From the NCBI GenBank assembly GCA_017379935.1, contig JAFNVC010000025.1, positions 44,217-108,216 on the forward strand: a DNA stretch of 64,000 nucleotides. The letters run 5' to 3'. Shown here piece after piece: positions 53,446 through 61,386 of this stretch. Under the pieces are notes generated by a model. It did not search any database, had not been told where the DNA came from, and worked only from the letters and a program-made list of their open reading frames with translations. The position numbers and the translations under genes were made by a program. This DNA is from Clostridia bacterium (lineage in GTDB: Bacteria; Bacillota; Clostridia; Oscillospirales; Acutalibacteraceae). Position 1 is the stretch's first letter. The number at the start of each line of letters is the position of its first letter.

Positions 53446-54028
53446 ATATCCTTTTTTTCATCAGTCCGTGCTTGTTGCAGTAAATGAACAGATATCCTCT
53501 GCCTCGGAGCTGAAGGCGCGTTTCCGCATTACCCTCGGGATAGAGCTTCACGAACTGTACCCTGTCCGACGTCAGATGCGCGATGAAGGAAATGAAATGT
53601 GTTTTCGTCATCTCGTGCCTGACCGTAACGAAATATTCGTCCTCTACCCTCTCAACGGTGACCTCGTGAGCATCGTCGGTTTCCTCCGCCTCGAGCGGCG
53701 GCAGAGTAATTCCGCAGCAGCTGATAGCCGCCTCACCTGTCGAGCGGATGATGTTACCGCACACGGGACAGACATAAAACCTCGAGCGCAGTATGTTTGC
53801 GGAAATATTTTTATTGTTGACCGTGTCGCCCGACATAAGCTCCATAACAGACACCCCCAGCGCCCTCGCAAGCGGTTCAATCAGAGTGATGTCAGGCAGT
53901 CCCTTCGCCGTCTCCCACTTCGAAACAGCCTTGCTGCTGACGCCGATTTTTTCGGCAAGCTGTGTCTGCGTTATTCCCTTTGCCTCGCGCAGACGCTTTA
54001 TCGTCGCACCTGTGATGTAGTTATCCAT
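53444..54028 (-). CDS. XRE-type HTH fused to a desulfoferrodoxin (2Fe superoxide reductase)-like domain
   Basis: 194 aa. Residues 1-65 read 'TIKRLREAKGITQTQLAEKIGVSSKAVSKWETAKGLP'. Residues about 85-194 carry 'FYVCPVCGN..SCCG' (centre I Cys4) and 'AHEV', 'RHEM', 'THF', 'YCNKHG' (centre II His4Cys), in Dfx order and spacing. Confidence 0.7.
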   Translation of the reverse strand: MDNYITGATIKRLREAKGITQTQLAEKIGVSSKAVSKWETAKGLPDITLIEPLARALGVSVMELMSGDTVNNKNISANILRSRFYVCPVCGNIIRSTGEAAISCCGITLPPLEAEETDDAHEVTVERVEDEYFVTVRHEMTKTHFISFIAHLTSDRVQFVKLYPEGNAETRLQLRGRGYLFIYCNKHGLMKKRI

Positions 54029-54049
54029 TCAGATCACTCCTTTGCAACG

Positions 54050-54078
54050 ATTATAAGCTCTCCCGTTAAAACATACAA
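54050..54078 (-). promoter_or_regulatory. SigA-type promoter of the HTH-SOR gene (TTGTAT-17-TATAAT)
   Basis: Minus strand: -35 at 54073-54078, -10 at 54050-54055. RBS AAAGGAGTGA follows. Confidence 0.55.
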
Positions 54079-54104
54079 CCTACGCTTCGTGGAATAGGAT
54101 ATTC

Positions 54105-55511
54105 TCAGAATCTTGTCCAGAAATCAACACCCCACGGGTGTGACTGCTCCTGCCATTCGTCGCGGTGGCGGAGCAATTTTTCGCGCATCTGAGCAACCTT
54201 GTCGGCATATTTTTCGTCGTCGGCAAGATTTTTTGTTTCCCACGGATCGTTTTCGATATCATAAAGGAAGGTCCACTTGTCCTCTTCCCCGTCGCCGTTG
54301 CGGTATTCGATGAGCTTGTATTTTTCATCCTTCACACCGCGGACAAATTTATCAAAAATCAGATAAAGCTCGTCGCGGAAGCGGTCGCCGTGTTCACCGT
54401 CGAGAAGGTGTGCAAAGCTCCTTCCGTCAACTGAGGACGGCACGTCAATGCCGATTTTTTCACACAGCGTGGGGAAAATATCGTAAAGATAAACGTAGGC
54501 GTCGTTGCGCGCATTTTCCGCAATTCCCGGCCCCGCCATAATCAGCGGAATACGGACACCGTGCTCGTAAATATCCTCCTTACCGAGCCAGCCGTGCTGA
54601 CCGACGGCAAGACCGTTGTCGCCCGTAAAGACAATAATAGTGTTGTCCTCCTCGCCCGAAGCGTGAAGAGCATCAAGAAGTCTGCCGATTTCGTGGTCGA
54701 GGTGAGTTATCATCGCGAAGTATTCCGCTATATGTCGTCTTACCTCCCTTTCGTCACGCGGATATGCCGCGAGATGCTCGTCGCGGTGCACCATAAGGGG
54801 GTAGTTCGTGTCGATAATCTCCTGAAAATTCGGCGGCAGCTCGATTTTTTCGGGATCGTACATCTCACGGAAGCTGTCGGGCATCGTGCGCGGATCGTGA
54901 GGCGCAAGATAAGCAAGGTACATAAAAAACGGCTTTTCCCCGTTTGCGTTTTCACCGAGCAGCTCTATCGCCGCATCCGTCAGCAGAGTGCTTGAATGCT
55001 TGCCCGGGTCGAACTCGTCGCAGTGCTGTGACTGCGGATGATTGTCGCTGTAAAAATCCACCACAAAATTGATCACATTGTCATATTTGCCCGTCGGATC
55101 ATATCGGCAGGTCGGCACATTCCAATGGTCCCACATTCCGCCAAAAAATATCTTTGCGCCCTGCGTAAAGCTTCGCGCATAGGCAGGACAGCCGTTATGC
55201 CATTTGCCGAGTCCGATTGTCTCGTAACCGTTATTTCTGAACGTTTCGGCAAGGGTTTTGTGTGCCTCGGGGATATTTCCGCCAAGCTCCTCAAGGTGAA
55301 AGGGATTTCTGCCCGAAAGAATCATCGCACGGCTGGGCATACATACCGCACCGCAAGTTCCGCCCGCAATATGCGCACGGACAAACGACATACCACGTCC
55401 CGCGAGCCTGTCGAGATTCGGCGTAATAATCTCCTTGTTGCCGAGAGCGTGAATCGTATCAAAGCGCTGATCGTCGGTAACGATAAACAGCACGTTTGGC
55501 TTTTTGTTCAT
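54105..55511 (-). CDS. Cys-type (formylglycine-dependent) sulfatase, no signal peptide
   Basis: 468 aa from the ATG at 55511 (RBS GGGTGGTG). 'NVLFIVTDDQR', 'CMPSRAMILSGR' (C-x-P-x-R), 'GKWH', 'TGDNG'. Confidence 0.85.
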   Translation of the reverse strand: MNKKPNVLFIVTDDQRFDTIHALGNKEIITPNLDRLAGRGMSFVRAHIAGGTCGAVCMPSRAMILSGRNPFHLEELGGNIPEAHKTLAETFRNNGYETIGLGKWHNGCPAYARSFTQGAKIFFGGMWDHWNVPTCRYDPTGKYDNVINFVVDFYSDNHPQSQHCDEFDPGKHSSTLLTDAAIELLGENANGEKPFFMYLAYLAPHDPRTMPDSFREMYDPEKIELPPNFQEIIDTNYPLMVHRDEHLAAYPRDEREVRRHIAEYFAMITHLDHEIGRLLDALHASGEEDNTIIVFTGDNGLAVGQHGWLGKEDIYEHGVRIPLIMAGPGIAENARNDAYVYLYDIFPTLCEKIGIDVPSSVDGRSFAHLLDGEHGDRFRDELYLIFDKFVRGVKDEKYKLIEYRNGDGEEDKWTFLYDIENDPWETKNLADDEKYADKVAQMREKLLRHRDEWQEQSHPWGVDFWTRF

Positions 55512-55627
55512 AAGAGCACCACCCATAAAATGCAGAATGAGAATTTACAGAAAAAATTATATCACATACCTGCATCCGTTTTCAACCAAAAACGAAGCAC
55601 GGGAGCTTGTAAAAATACAAAAACCTC

Positions 55628-55658
55628 TTGACTATGACGTTACGTTATGGTTTATAAT
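55628..55658 (+). promoter_or_regulatory. MerR-type promoter: TTGACT-19 nt-TATAAT with dyad ATgACGT-T-ACGTtAT in the spacer
   Basis: -35 at 55628-55633, 19-nt spacer at 55634-55652, -10 at 55653-55658. A 13/15 palindrome is centred in the spacer. Confidence 0.65.
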
Positions 55659-55677
55659 GATCCTGCGAGGTGAGGAT

Positions 55678-56409
55678 ATGTATATCAAAGAATTCGCAAA
55701 GCTGACAGGTGTCAGCGTCAGAACATTGCACTACTATGACGAAATCGGGCTTCTCTCGCCCGCGTCCGTTGACGGGCAGAACAGATACCGGGACTATGAC
55801 GAACAATCGCTCGGAAGAATGGCGGAAATTCTTTTTTACCGCGAGCTTGATTTTCCGCTCAGCAGTATAAAATCGATTCTTTCGTCACCCGATTATGACA
55901 AAGCAGATGCCTTCCGCAAGCAGAAGGAGCTGTTGACACTCAAAAAAGAACGTCTCGAAGCGCTGATTTCGGCACTCGAGCAAGCAGAAAAAGGAGTAAT
56001 ATCTATGAACACTTTTAACAATAATGAATACGAGAGAGCGCGCAAGCAGTATGCCGACGAGGCAAAGCAGCGCTGGGGCGCCACGGATGCATACAAGGAA
56101 TACGAGCAGAAAGCTGCAGAATATTCCGACGAAAAAAAGACGGATGCAGCCGACGGAATGAACGCAATTCTTGCTGAATTTGCGGCGGCGCGCGCTGAAG
56201 GAGCAACACCCGACAGCGAAACAGCGCAGACGCTCGTCCGCAGGCTTCAGGCTCATATAACCGATAATTTCTACACCTGCACGAAGGAAATTCTCGCAGG
56301 TCTCGGGCAGATGTACGTTGCCGACGAACGCTTCAAGGCAAATATCGACAAGAACGGCAACGGCACCGCCGAATTCATATCCAAAGCAGTTAAGTCTTAC
56401 TGCAGATAA
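55678..56409 (+). CDS. MerR-family regulator with TipAS-like C-terminal effector domain
   Basis: 243 aa from the ATG at 55678 (RBS GAGGTGAGGA). 'IKEFAKLTGVSVRTLHYYDEIGLL'. C-terminal 'QRWGATDAYKEYEQK' is typical of TipAS/Mta-type domains. The track start at 55504 lies inside the sulfatase gene and the promoter. Confidence 0.85.
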   Translation: MYIKEFAKLTGVSVRTLHYYDEIGLLSPASVDGQNRYRDYDEQSLGRMAEILFYRELDFPLSSIKSILSSPDYDKADAFRKQKELLTLKKERLEALISALEQAEKGVISMNTFNNNEYERARKQYADEAKQRWGATDAYKEYEQKAAEYSDEKKTDAADGMNAILAEFAAARAEGATPDSETAQTLVRRLQAHITDNFYTCTKEILAGLGQMYVADERFKANIDKNGNGTAEFISKAVKSYCR

Positions 56410-56414
56410 AAATA

Positions 56415-56452
56415 CACCCGCAATCGTTCTGATCGCGGGTGATTTCTTTTTT
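56415..56452. terminator. bidirectional terminator
   Basis: CACCCGC...GCGGGTG stem followed by ATTTCTTTTTTCG. Confidence 0.75.
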
Positions 56453-56455
56453 CGT

Positions 56456-57580
56456 TTACTCCCCGAAAACTTCCTTTATCGCTTCGAGGTAGCCGTAGCC
56501 GTAGAGGTCATCGGGCTGGAGGTAGCTCGTCTCCGTCCACTCGTTCCAGCTGTTCACCGTGATGAACGGTGCTTTCATTATACCATTTTTCATCGATTCG
56601 TCCGCGAAGGATTTGACCTTTTCGCACGCATCCTTGAAAAGCTCAGGCGGATTGTTCCGCACAACGCCCGGCATAAAATCATAAAAACGAACGTTGTTGT
56701 CCCAGCCGACGGAAATGTTCGGATAATACGGCACGCTTATCTTCTCCGCTTCGCCTGCAAGGTTTTTAAGGTAATCCTCCGTTACGTCCGCATACTCACC
56801 GTCAAAGTCGGCGCATCCGCCCCAGTTATAATTCGTTACGGAATCAATACCGAGGTAGTCGTAAAGCTCTGCGGAGGTCATTCCCTTGCAGTCGTCGCCG
56901 TCATTGAGCCAGTTATAAACCCTTCCTCGCCAATGAACAACCTGAAAATGCAGACCGTTGAAGCCTGCCTCGGCTGTCTTTTTACGGAATTCGTCGAGCG
57001 CCTTTTTGCACTCCTGTGTCGTACCGAAGGAACGGATGAAATTATCAATTTCAAAAATCATATAGACGGGACAGCCGTCGATCGTATAATAATTCTCTTT
57101 TTTGAAATATTTTTCAATCGTTCTGTCGCAGATACCCGAAAAAACATCGGGCGTAACAACTCCGCTCCAGATGACCGTCGAAAGGTCGCGGTCGGAATTG
57201 CGCTTATCCCAGAGATGTGTTGCATCATGGTTCGCCCACATCAGCATAAATTTCATATCCTTATTGTTACGCGCCTTAAGGAAGCCGTCGTTCAGGCAGT
57301 TTTCAAGAAACGGACGGTTATCGTACCAATACCAGTCATAGATAAACACATTGACACCGTGCGACACGGCACAGTCAATCTGCATTTCCATAACACGGCT
57401 GTCCGCCTCGTTGACATAGCCCCACGTCGGGATTCTCGGCCAACGGCAGCCCTCGTAGCCCTTATTTGTCATCGCCTTTACTGTCTGCCACTCGCCGTAG
57501 CCCTCGGGCCAGAAAATGCGTGTGCGCGGCTCGTCACCCGTATATGACGGCCAGATAAATGCCGCAATATCATATTTCAT
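56456..57580 (-). CDS. GH99-like / WbsX-family glycan-active protein (cytoplasmic)
   Basis: 374 aa from the ATG at 57580 (AGGAGG 7 nt upstream). 'AAFIWPSY...FWPEGYGEWQTV' and 'FIYDWYWY' resemble the PF14307 pattern. Confidence 0.55.
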   Translation of the reverse strand: MKYDIAAFIWPSYTGDEPRTRIFWPEGYGEWQTVKAMTNKGYEGCRWPRIPTWGYVNEADSRVMEMQIDCAVSHGVNVFIYDWYWYDNRPFLENCLNDGFLKARNNKDMKFMLMWANHDATHLWDKRNSDRDLSTVIWSGVVTPDVFSGICDRTIEKYFKKENYYTIDGCPVYMIFEIDNFIRSFGTTQECKKALDEFRKKTAEAGFNGLHFQVVHWRGRVYNWLNDGDDCKGMTSAELYDYLGIDSVTNYNWGGCADFDGEYADVTEDYLKNLAGEAEKISVPYYPNISVGWDNNVRFYDFMPGVVRNNPPELFKDACEKVKSFADESMKNGIMKAPFITVNSWNEWTETSYLQPDDLYGYGYLEAIKEVFGE

Positions 57581-57673
57581 AAGCATACCTCCTGATTTTG
57601 TTATAACACCTCAGAGAGATTTTGTCAATAAAGTAAAGCTCCCCACCGAGGTGAGGAGCCGTATATCCAAAGC

Positions 57674-59656
57674 TTAAGCAATCGTTTTGGGTTTATCTTT
57701 AGTTAAGAATTTCTGCACGATGAGAATAACTGCGATAGCAACAACGCCGATGATATCCGTTGTGATTCCCGGGATAATCATACAAAGTCCGCCTGCAAGA
57801 GCAAGTAATCTCTGCCACCACGGCATATTTTTAAGAAGGTAGCCCTCCATACCTGCGGAGACAAGGAAGATACCGCAGAGCGCCGTAATAACAAGAAGCA
57901 CGATTTCGTACCACGGCTTATCCGAGCCGACGATAAGCATCTCGGGGCTGAAGGCGAAGATGTACGGAACAATGAACGCTGTGATAGCAAGTCTCGTTGC
58001 CGTAACGCCCGTCTTCATCGGGTTGGACTTTGCGATAGCGGAGCCCGCATAGGCTGCAAGAGCAACGGGCGGTGTGATATCCGCAACGATACCGAAATAG
58101 AACACGAACATATGAGCCGCGAGAACGGGAATGCTCAGGCTTCTCATAAGAATCGGTGCTACCATTGACGCCATAATAACGTAGTTTGCGGTTGTCGGAA
58201 CACCCATACCGAGTACGATACACATAAGCATCGTAAGAAGAAGTGCAAAAATCGGATGGAGTCCTGCCGCAGACTGAACGAGTGACGAAAGCACGTTAGC
58301 AAGACCTGTCTGCTGAACCATAGCTGAAATACAACCCGCAACAGCACAAGCGAGTGCAACGCCGATTGCATTTTTCGTGCCGTTTGCAAGAGACTGAAGA
58401 TAAAGACCGAAGTCCATTTCAAATTTCTTATGAACGACAGATTTTACGATACCCTCAACGAGCTTTACGGCAATCGCACAGAAGATTGCGAGAATAGCCG
58501 ACTTTGCGGGAGAGTAATGGTTCATTGCAACAACAAGTGCAACAACGGGGAGAAGAAGATATCCCTTTGAAATAATAAGCTTGAAGAAATTCGGAATGGA
58601 TTCCTTCGGAAGACCCTTAAGTCCGAGCTTCTTTGCCTCAAAGTGAATCATCATAAAGATGCCCGTGAAATAAAGAACGGCGGGAAGGATTGCCGCAATA
58701 GCAATCTGTGCATACGGCATACCTGTATACTCCGTCATAAGGAACGCCGCCGCACCCATAATCGGGGGCATAATCTGACCGCCGGTTGAAGCAGCCGCCT
58801 CAACAGCTGCAGCGAATTCGGGCTTGTAGCCGCAACGCTTCATTGTGGGGATTGTAACGGAGCCGCTGCCGACAGTATTTGCAACGGATGAGCCCGAATA
58901 CATACCCTCCATTGCGCTGGAGATAACTGCAACCTTTGCAGGTCCGCCCGTTGACTTACCTGCGATGGAGTTCGCAAGGTCAACGAAGAATGCACCGATA
59001 CCCGACTGCTCGAGGAAGGATGCAAAAATGATAAACAGCACGATGAAGGAAGCGCAGACATTAAGCGGTGTACCTGCAATACCCTCCGTTGTATAGAAGA
59101 GCTTATACATAATCATTCTCAGCGGATGATTAGTCTCGTTGATAATGAAGGCATAAGCGATGAATGCGCCTGAAACGCAGACAATCGGCAGACCGACAAC
59201 TCTTCGGCATGCCTCAAACAAAAGAAGCGTACCGACGATAGCGATTGCGATATCAACCTCGTTGATTCTTGATGCTCTGTCAACGATAGCCTGACAGTTG
59301 ATTGCATAATAGAAGAACGAGCCTGCGCCGAGAAAAGCAAAAATATAATCATAGAACGGAACGCGGTTGACTCTTTTCTTTTCCTTTTTGCTGACGGGGT
59401 AGATAATAAACGCCATAAAGACGATTATACCGATGAACCACGACATCTTCTGTCTTTCCTCCATCGTTCCCGTCCAGCCGTCGAACATAACATAAACAGA
59501 GAAAAGAATCATTGCGATCTTGATGATTTTTTCAAATATACCTTTAAAATGACGGGTGTTTGACTCCTTGTCAAAGTCCGCCATCAGCTGGTCAACGTCA
59601 ATAACCTCATCCTCGTCAACCGACATAGTGATGGGCTTTGTGTTTGTGTCTGACAT
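57674..59656 (-). CDS. TRAP transporter fused permease (TAXI-type 4TM/12TM)
   Basis: 660 aa, highly polytopic. Follows DUF1850 and a TAXI binding protein. TAATG overlap with the upstream gene. Confidence 0.85.
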   Translation of the reverse strand: MSDTNTKPITMSVDEDEVIDVDQLMADFDKESNTRHFKGIFEKIIKIAMILFSVYVMFDGWTGTMEERQKMSWFIGIIVFMAFIIYPVSKKEKKRVNRVPFYDYIFAFLGAGSFFYYAINCQAIVDRASRINEVDIAIAIVGTLLLFEACRRVVGLPIVCVSGAFIAYAFIINETNHPLRMIMYKLFYTTEGIAGTPLNVCASFIVLFIIFASFLEQSGIGAFFVDLANSIAGKSTGGPAKVAVISSAMEGMYSGSSVANTVGSGSVTIPTMKRCGYKPEFAAAVEAAASTGGQIMPPIMGAAAFLMTEYTGMPYAQIAIAAILPAVLYFTGIFMMIHFEAKKLGLKGLPKESIPNFFKLIISKGYLLLPVVALVVAMNHYSPAKSAILAIFCAIAVKLVEGIVKSVVHKKFEMDFGLYLQSLANGTKNAIGVALACAVAGCISAMVQQTGLANVLSSLVQSAAGLHPIFALLLTMLMCIVLGMGVPTTANYVIMASMVAPILMRSLSIPVLAAHMFVFYFGIVADITPPVALAAYAGSAIAKSNPMKTGVTATRLAITAFIVPYIFAFSPEMLIVGSDKPWYEIVLLVITALCGIFLVSAGMEGYLLKNMPWWQRLLALAGGLCMIIPGITTDIIGVVAIAVILIVQKFLTKDKPKTIA

Positions 59657-60180
59657 TATTTCATTCCTTTCGTCAGAATTTCGAAGCCCGTGACGATTTC
59701 AAAAGCAACCCTTGCATTTCTGCCGCACATATCGCGCAGGCTGATTTCCTCGCCGCCGAGCGTTAGTATATGGTCGGAGACCGTACCGACAATATACCGC
59801 AACGGGTCATAGGTGATATCAAAACCCGTTATAATCATATTCCCCTCTTCATCGTAGGACATTTTCTGGTCGCCCTCGAGTGCCGTCTGCACTCCCGCGC
59901 CGAAGGAGCGGTAAAGAGTGGAGTGAGCACGGATTTCTCCGTTTTCGATAATATAAGTATCTCTCAGGGGAGTCTGATTTACCGAATGGATAAATTCCAC
60001 GGAAAACAGCATTCCCTCCTCTGCCCTTTCGGTTATATGCACCTTACCGGTATCGGTATCGTATAACATCAGATAATCCCGAGACAGAGCTTTGACAGAA
60101 ACAGCAGCCGCTGTAATGAATATCATTAAAACGGCTGCTACGATTAACTTTCCGGTTTTACGCGAAAGCCTTTGGCTCAT
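59656..60180 (-). CDS. DUF1850-like protein associated with TAXI-TRAP systems
   Basis: 174 aa with an N-terminal TM. The position between the TAXI SBP and the fused permease is the usual DUF1850 context. TAATG overlaps on both sides. Confidence 0.6.
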   Translation of the reverse strand: MSQRLSRKTGKLIVAAVLMIFITAAAVSVKALSRDYLMLYDTDTGKVHITERAEEGMLFSVEFIHSVNQTPLRDTYIIENGEIRAHSTLYRSFGAGVQTALEGDQKMSYDEEGNMIITGFDITYDPLRYIVGTVSDHILTLGGEEISLRDMCGRNARVAFEIVTGFEILTKGMK

Positions 60181-61163
60181 TATTTAATAGCGCCAACCTC
60201 TTTGAAGTATTTTTCTGCACCGGGGTGGAACGGAACGGAGATGCTTGAAACAGCATACTCAAGGCTCATTTCCTTAGCCTTGTCGTGTGTGTACTCGTCC
60301 TTGTTCTCAAAGATAGCCTTTGTAAGCTCGTAAACAACCTGCTCTGAAAGGTTGTTGCTTACGATGAATGTAGCCTTAACTGCAACAGTCTTAGCGTCCT
60401 TGTCAACGCCCTTATATGTGCCTGCAGGGATTGTGTACTCAGCATAGAAGCCGTAATCCTGCTGAAGAGCTGCAAGATGCTCAGCATCAATTTCAACGAT
60501 TACGATTTCTGTTGTTGTTGCAAGGTCTGTGATAGCAACTGTCGGAGCACCTGCTGTGCAGAAGAATGCGTCGATCTTGCCGTCCTTGAGAGCATCTGCT
60601 GATGCCTGGAAGCTGAGGTTCTGCTTGTCGATATCCTCGAATGTGATGTCGTAAGCGCCGAGCATCTGCTGAGCGTTGAATTCAACACCTGAGCCGCTGT
60701 CGCCTACAGAAACCTTCTTGCCCTTGAGGTCAGCAAGTGTCTTGATGCCTGAATCAGCTCTTGCGATAACCTGGCAAACCTCAGCGTAAACTGCGCCGAG
60801 AGTTGAGAATGACTTGATAGCGCCGTCCTTCTCGAAGAGAGAAGTTCCGTTGTAAGCGTAGTCCATAACGTCGTTCTGAACGATAGCCATATCAACGATA
60901 CCGTCATCAACGTCAAGGATATTAGCCTTTGAAGCACCTGATGACATAACTGTAAGCTGTGAGCCGACCTTCTCGTTAAGAACGGTTGCTACTGTGTTAC
61001 AGAAACCGTAGTATGTACCTGTTGTGCCGCCTGTACCAACGTTGATTTTAACTGATGAGAGACCCTGTGCAGGATCAACGTCGGGAGTTTTTGTGCAAGC
61101 TGTGCAGAAGAGCGTTGCAAAAACAAGTACGAGAGAAATTACGATTGCTAACTTTTTCTTCAT
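60180..61163 (-). CDS. TAXI-family TRAP transporter solute-binding lipoprotein
   Basis: 327 aa from the ATG at 61163 (GGAGGA 8 nt upstream). 'LVFATLFCTAC' lipobox. 'GTGGTTGTYYGF' and 'PFHPGAEKYFKE' are TAXI hallmarks. Confidence 0.85.
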   Translation of the reverse strand: MKKKLAIVISLVLVFATLFCTACTKTPDVDPAQGLSSVKINVGTGGTTGTYYGFCNTVATVLNEKVGSQLTVMSSGASKANILDVDDGIVDMAIVQNDVMDYAYNGTSLFEKDGAIKSFSTLGAVYAEVCQVIARADSGIKTLADLKGKKVSVGDSGSGVEFNAQQMLGAYDITFEDIDKQNLSFQASADALKDGKIDAFFCTAGAPTVAITDLATTTEIVIVEIDAEHLAALQQDYGFYAEYTIPAGTYKGVDKDAKTVAVKATFIVSNNLSEQVVYELTKAIFENKDEYTHDKAKEMSLEYAVSSISVPFHPGAEKYFKEVGAIK

Positions 61164-61229
61164 AAAAATTTCCTCCATATTTTATTATTTTGAAACCGAG
61201 CGAACATGGTTTCATAAAATATTTAGCCT

Positions 61230-61258
61230 ATTATAAACTATATTTTATTTTTTTGCAA
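61230..61258 (-). promoter_or_regulatory. consensus-like promoter of the TAXI-TRAP operon (TTGCAA-17-TATAAT)
   Basis: Minus strand: -35 at 61253-61258, -10 at 61230-61235. A 7-bp inverted repeat TGAAACC..GGTTTCA lies between it and the RBS. Confidence 0.55.
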
Positions 61259-61351
61259 GACTTTTGCAATTTAAAGCATACAACAATTATCAAAAAGGCG
61301 TCTTTTTTATACAAAAGTGCTTAAAAATCTATACTTTAAGCATCAACAATC

Positions 61352-61380
61352 AAAAAAGAAACGCCCTTTTCGGACGTTTC
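61352..61380 (-). terminator. intrinsic terminator after the membrane-protein gene
   Basis: Minus strand GAAACGTCC-GAAAA-GGGCGTTTC followed by TTTTTTG. Confidence 0.75.
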
Positions 61381-61386
61381 AATGTT

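Noticed and set aside
56318-57547. 409-aa ORF on the plus strand
   Set aside because: It is antisense to the GH99-like gene and begins inside the MerR gene. It crosses the bidirectional terminator at 56415-56452. It has no start signals and a low-complexity Arg/Val-rich product, so it is a shadow ORF.
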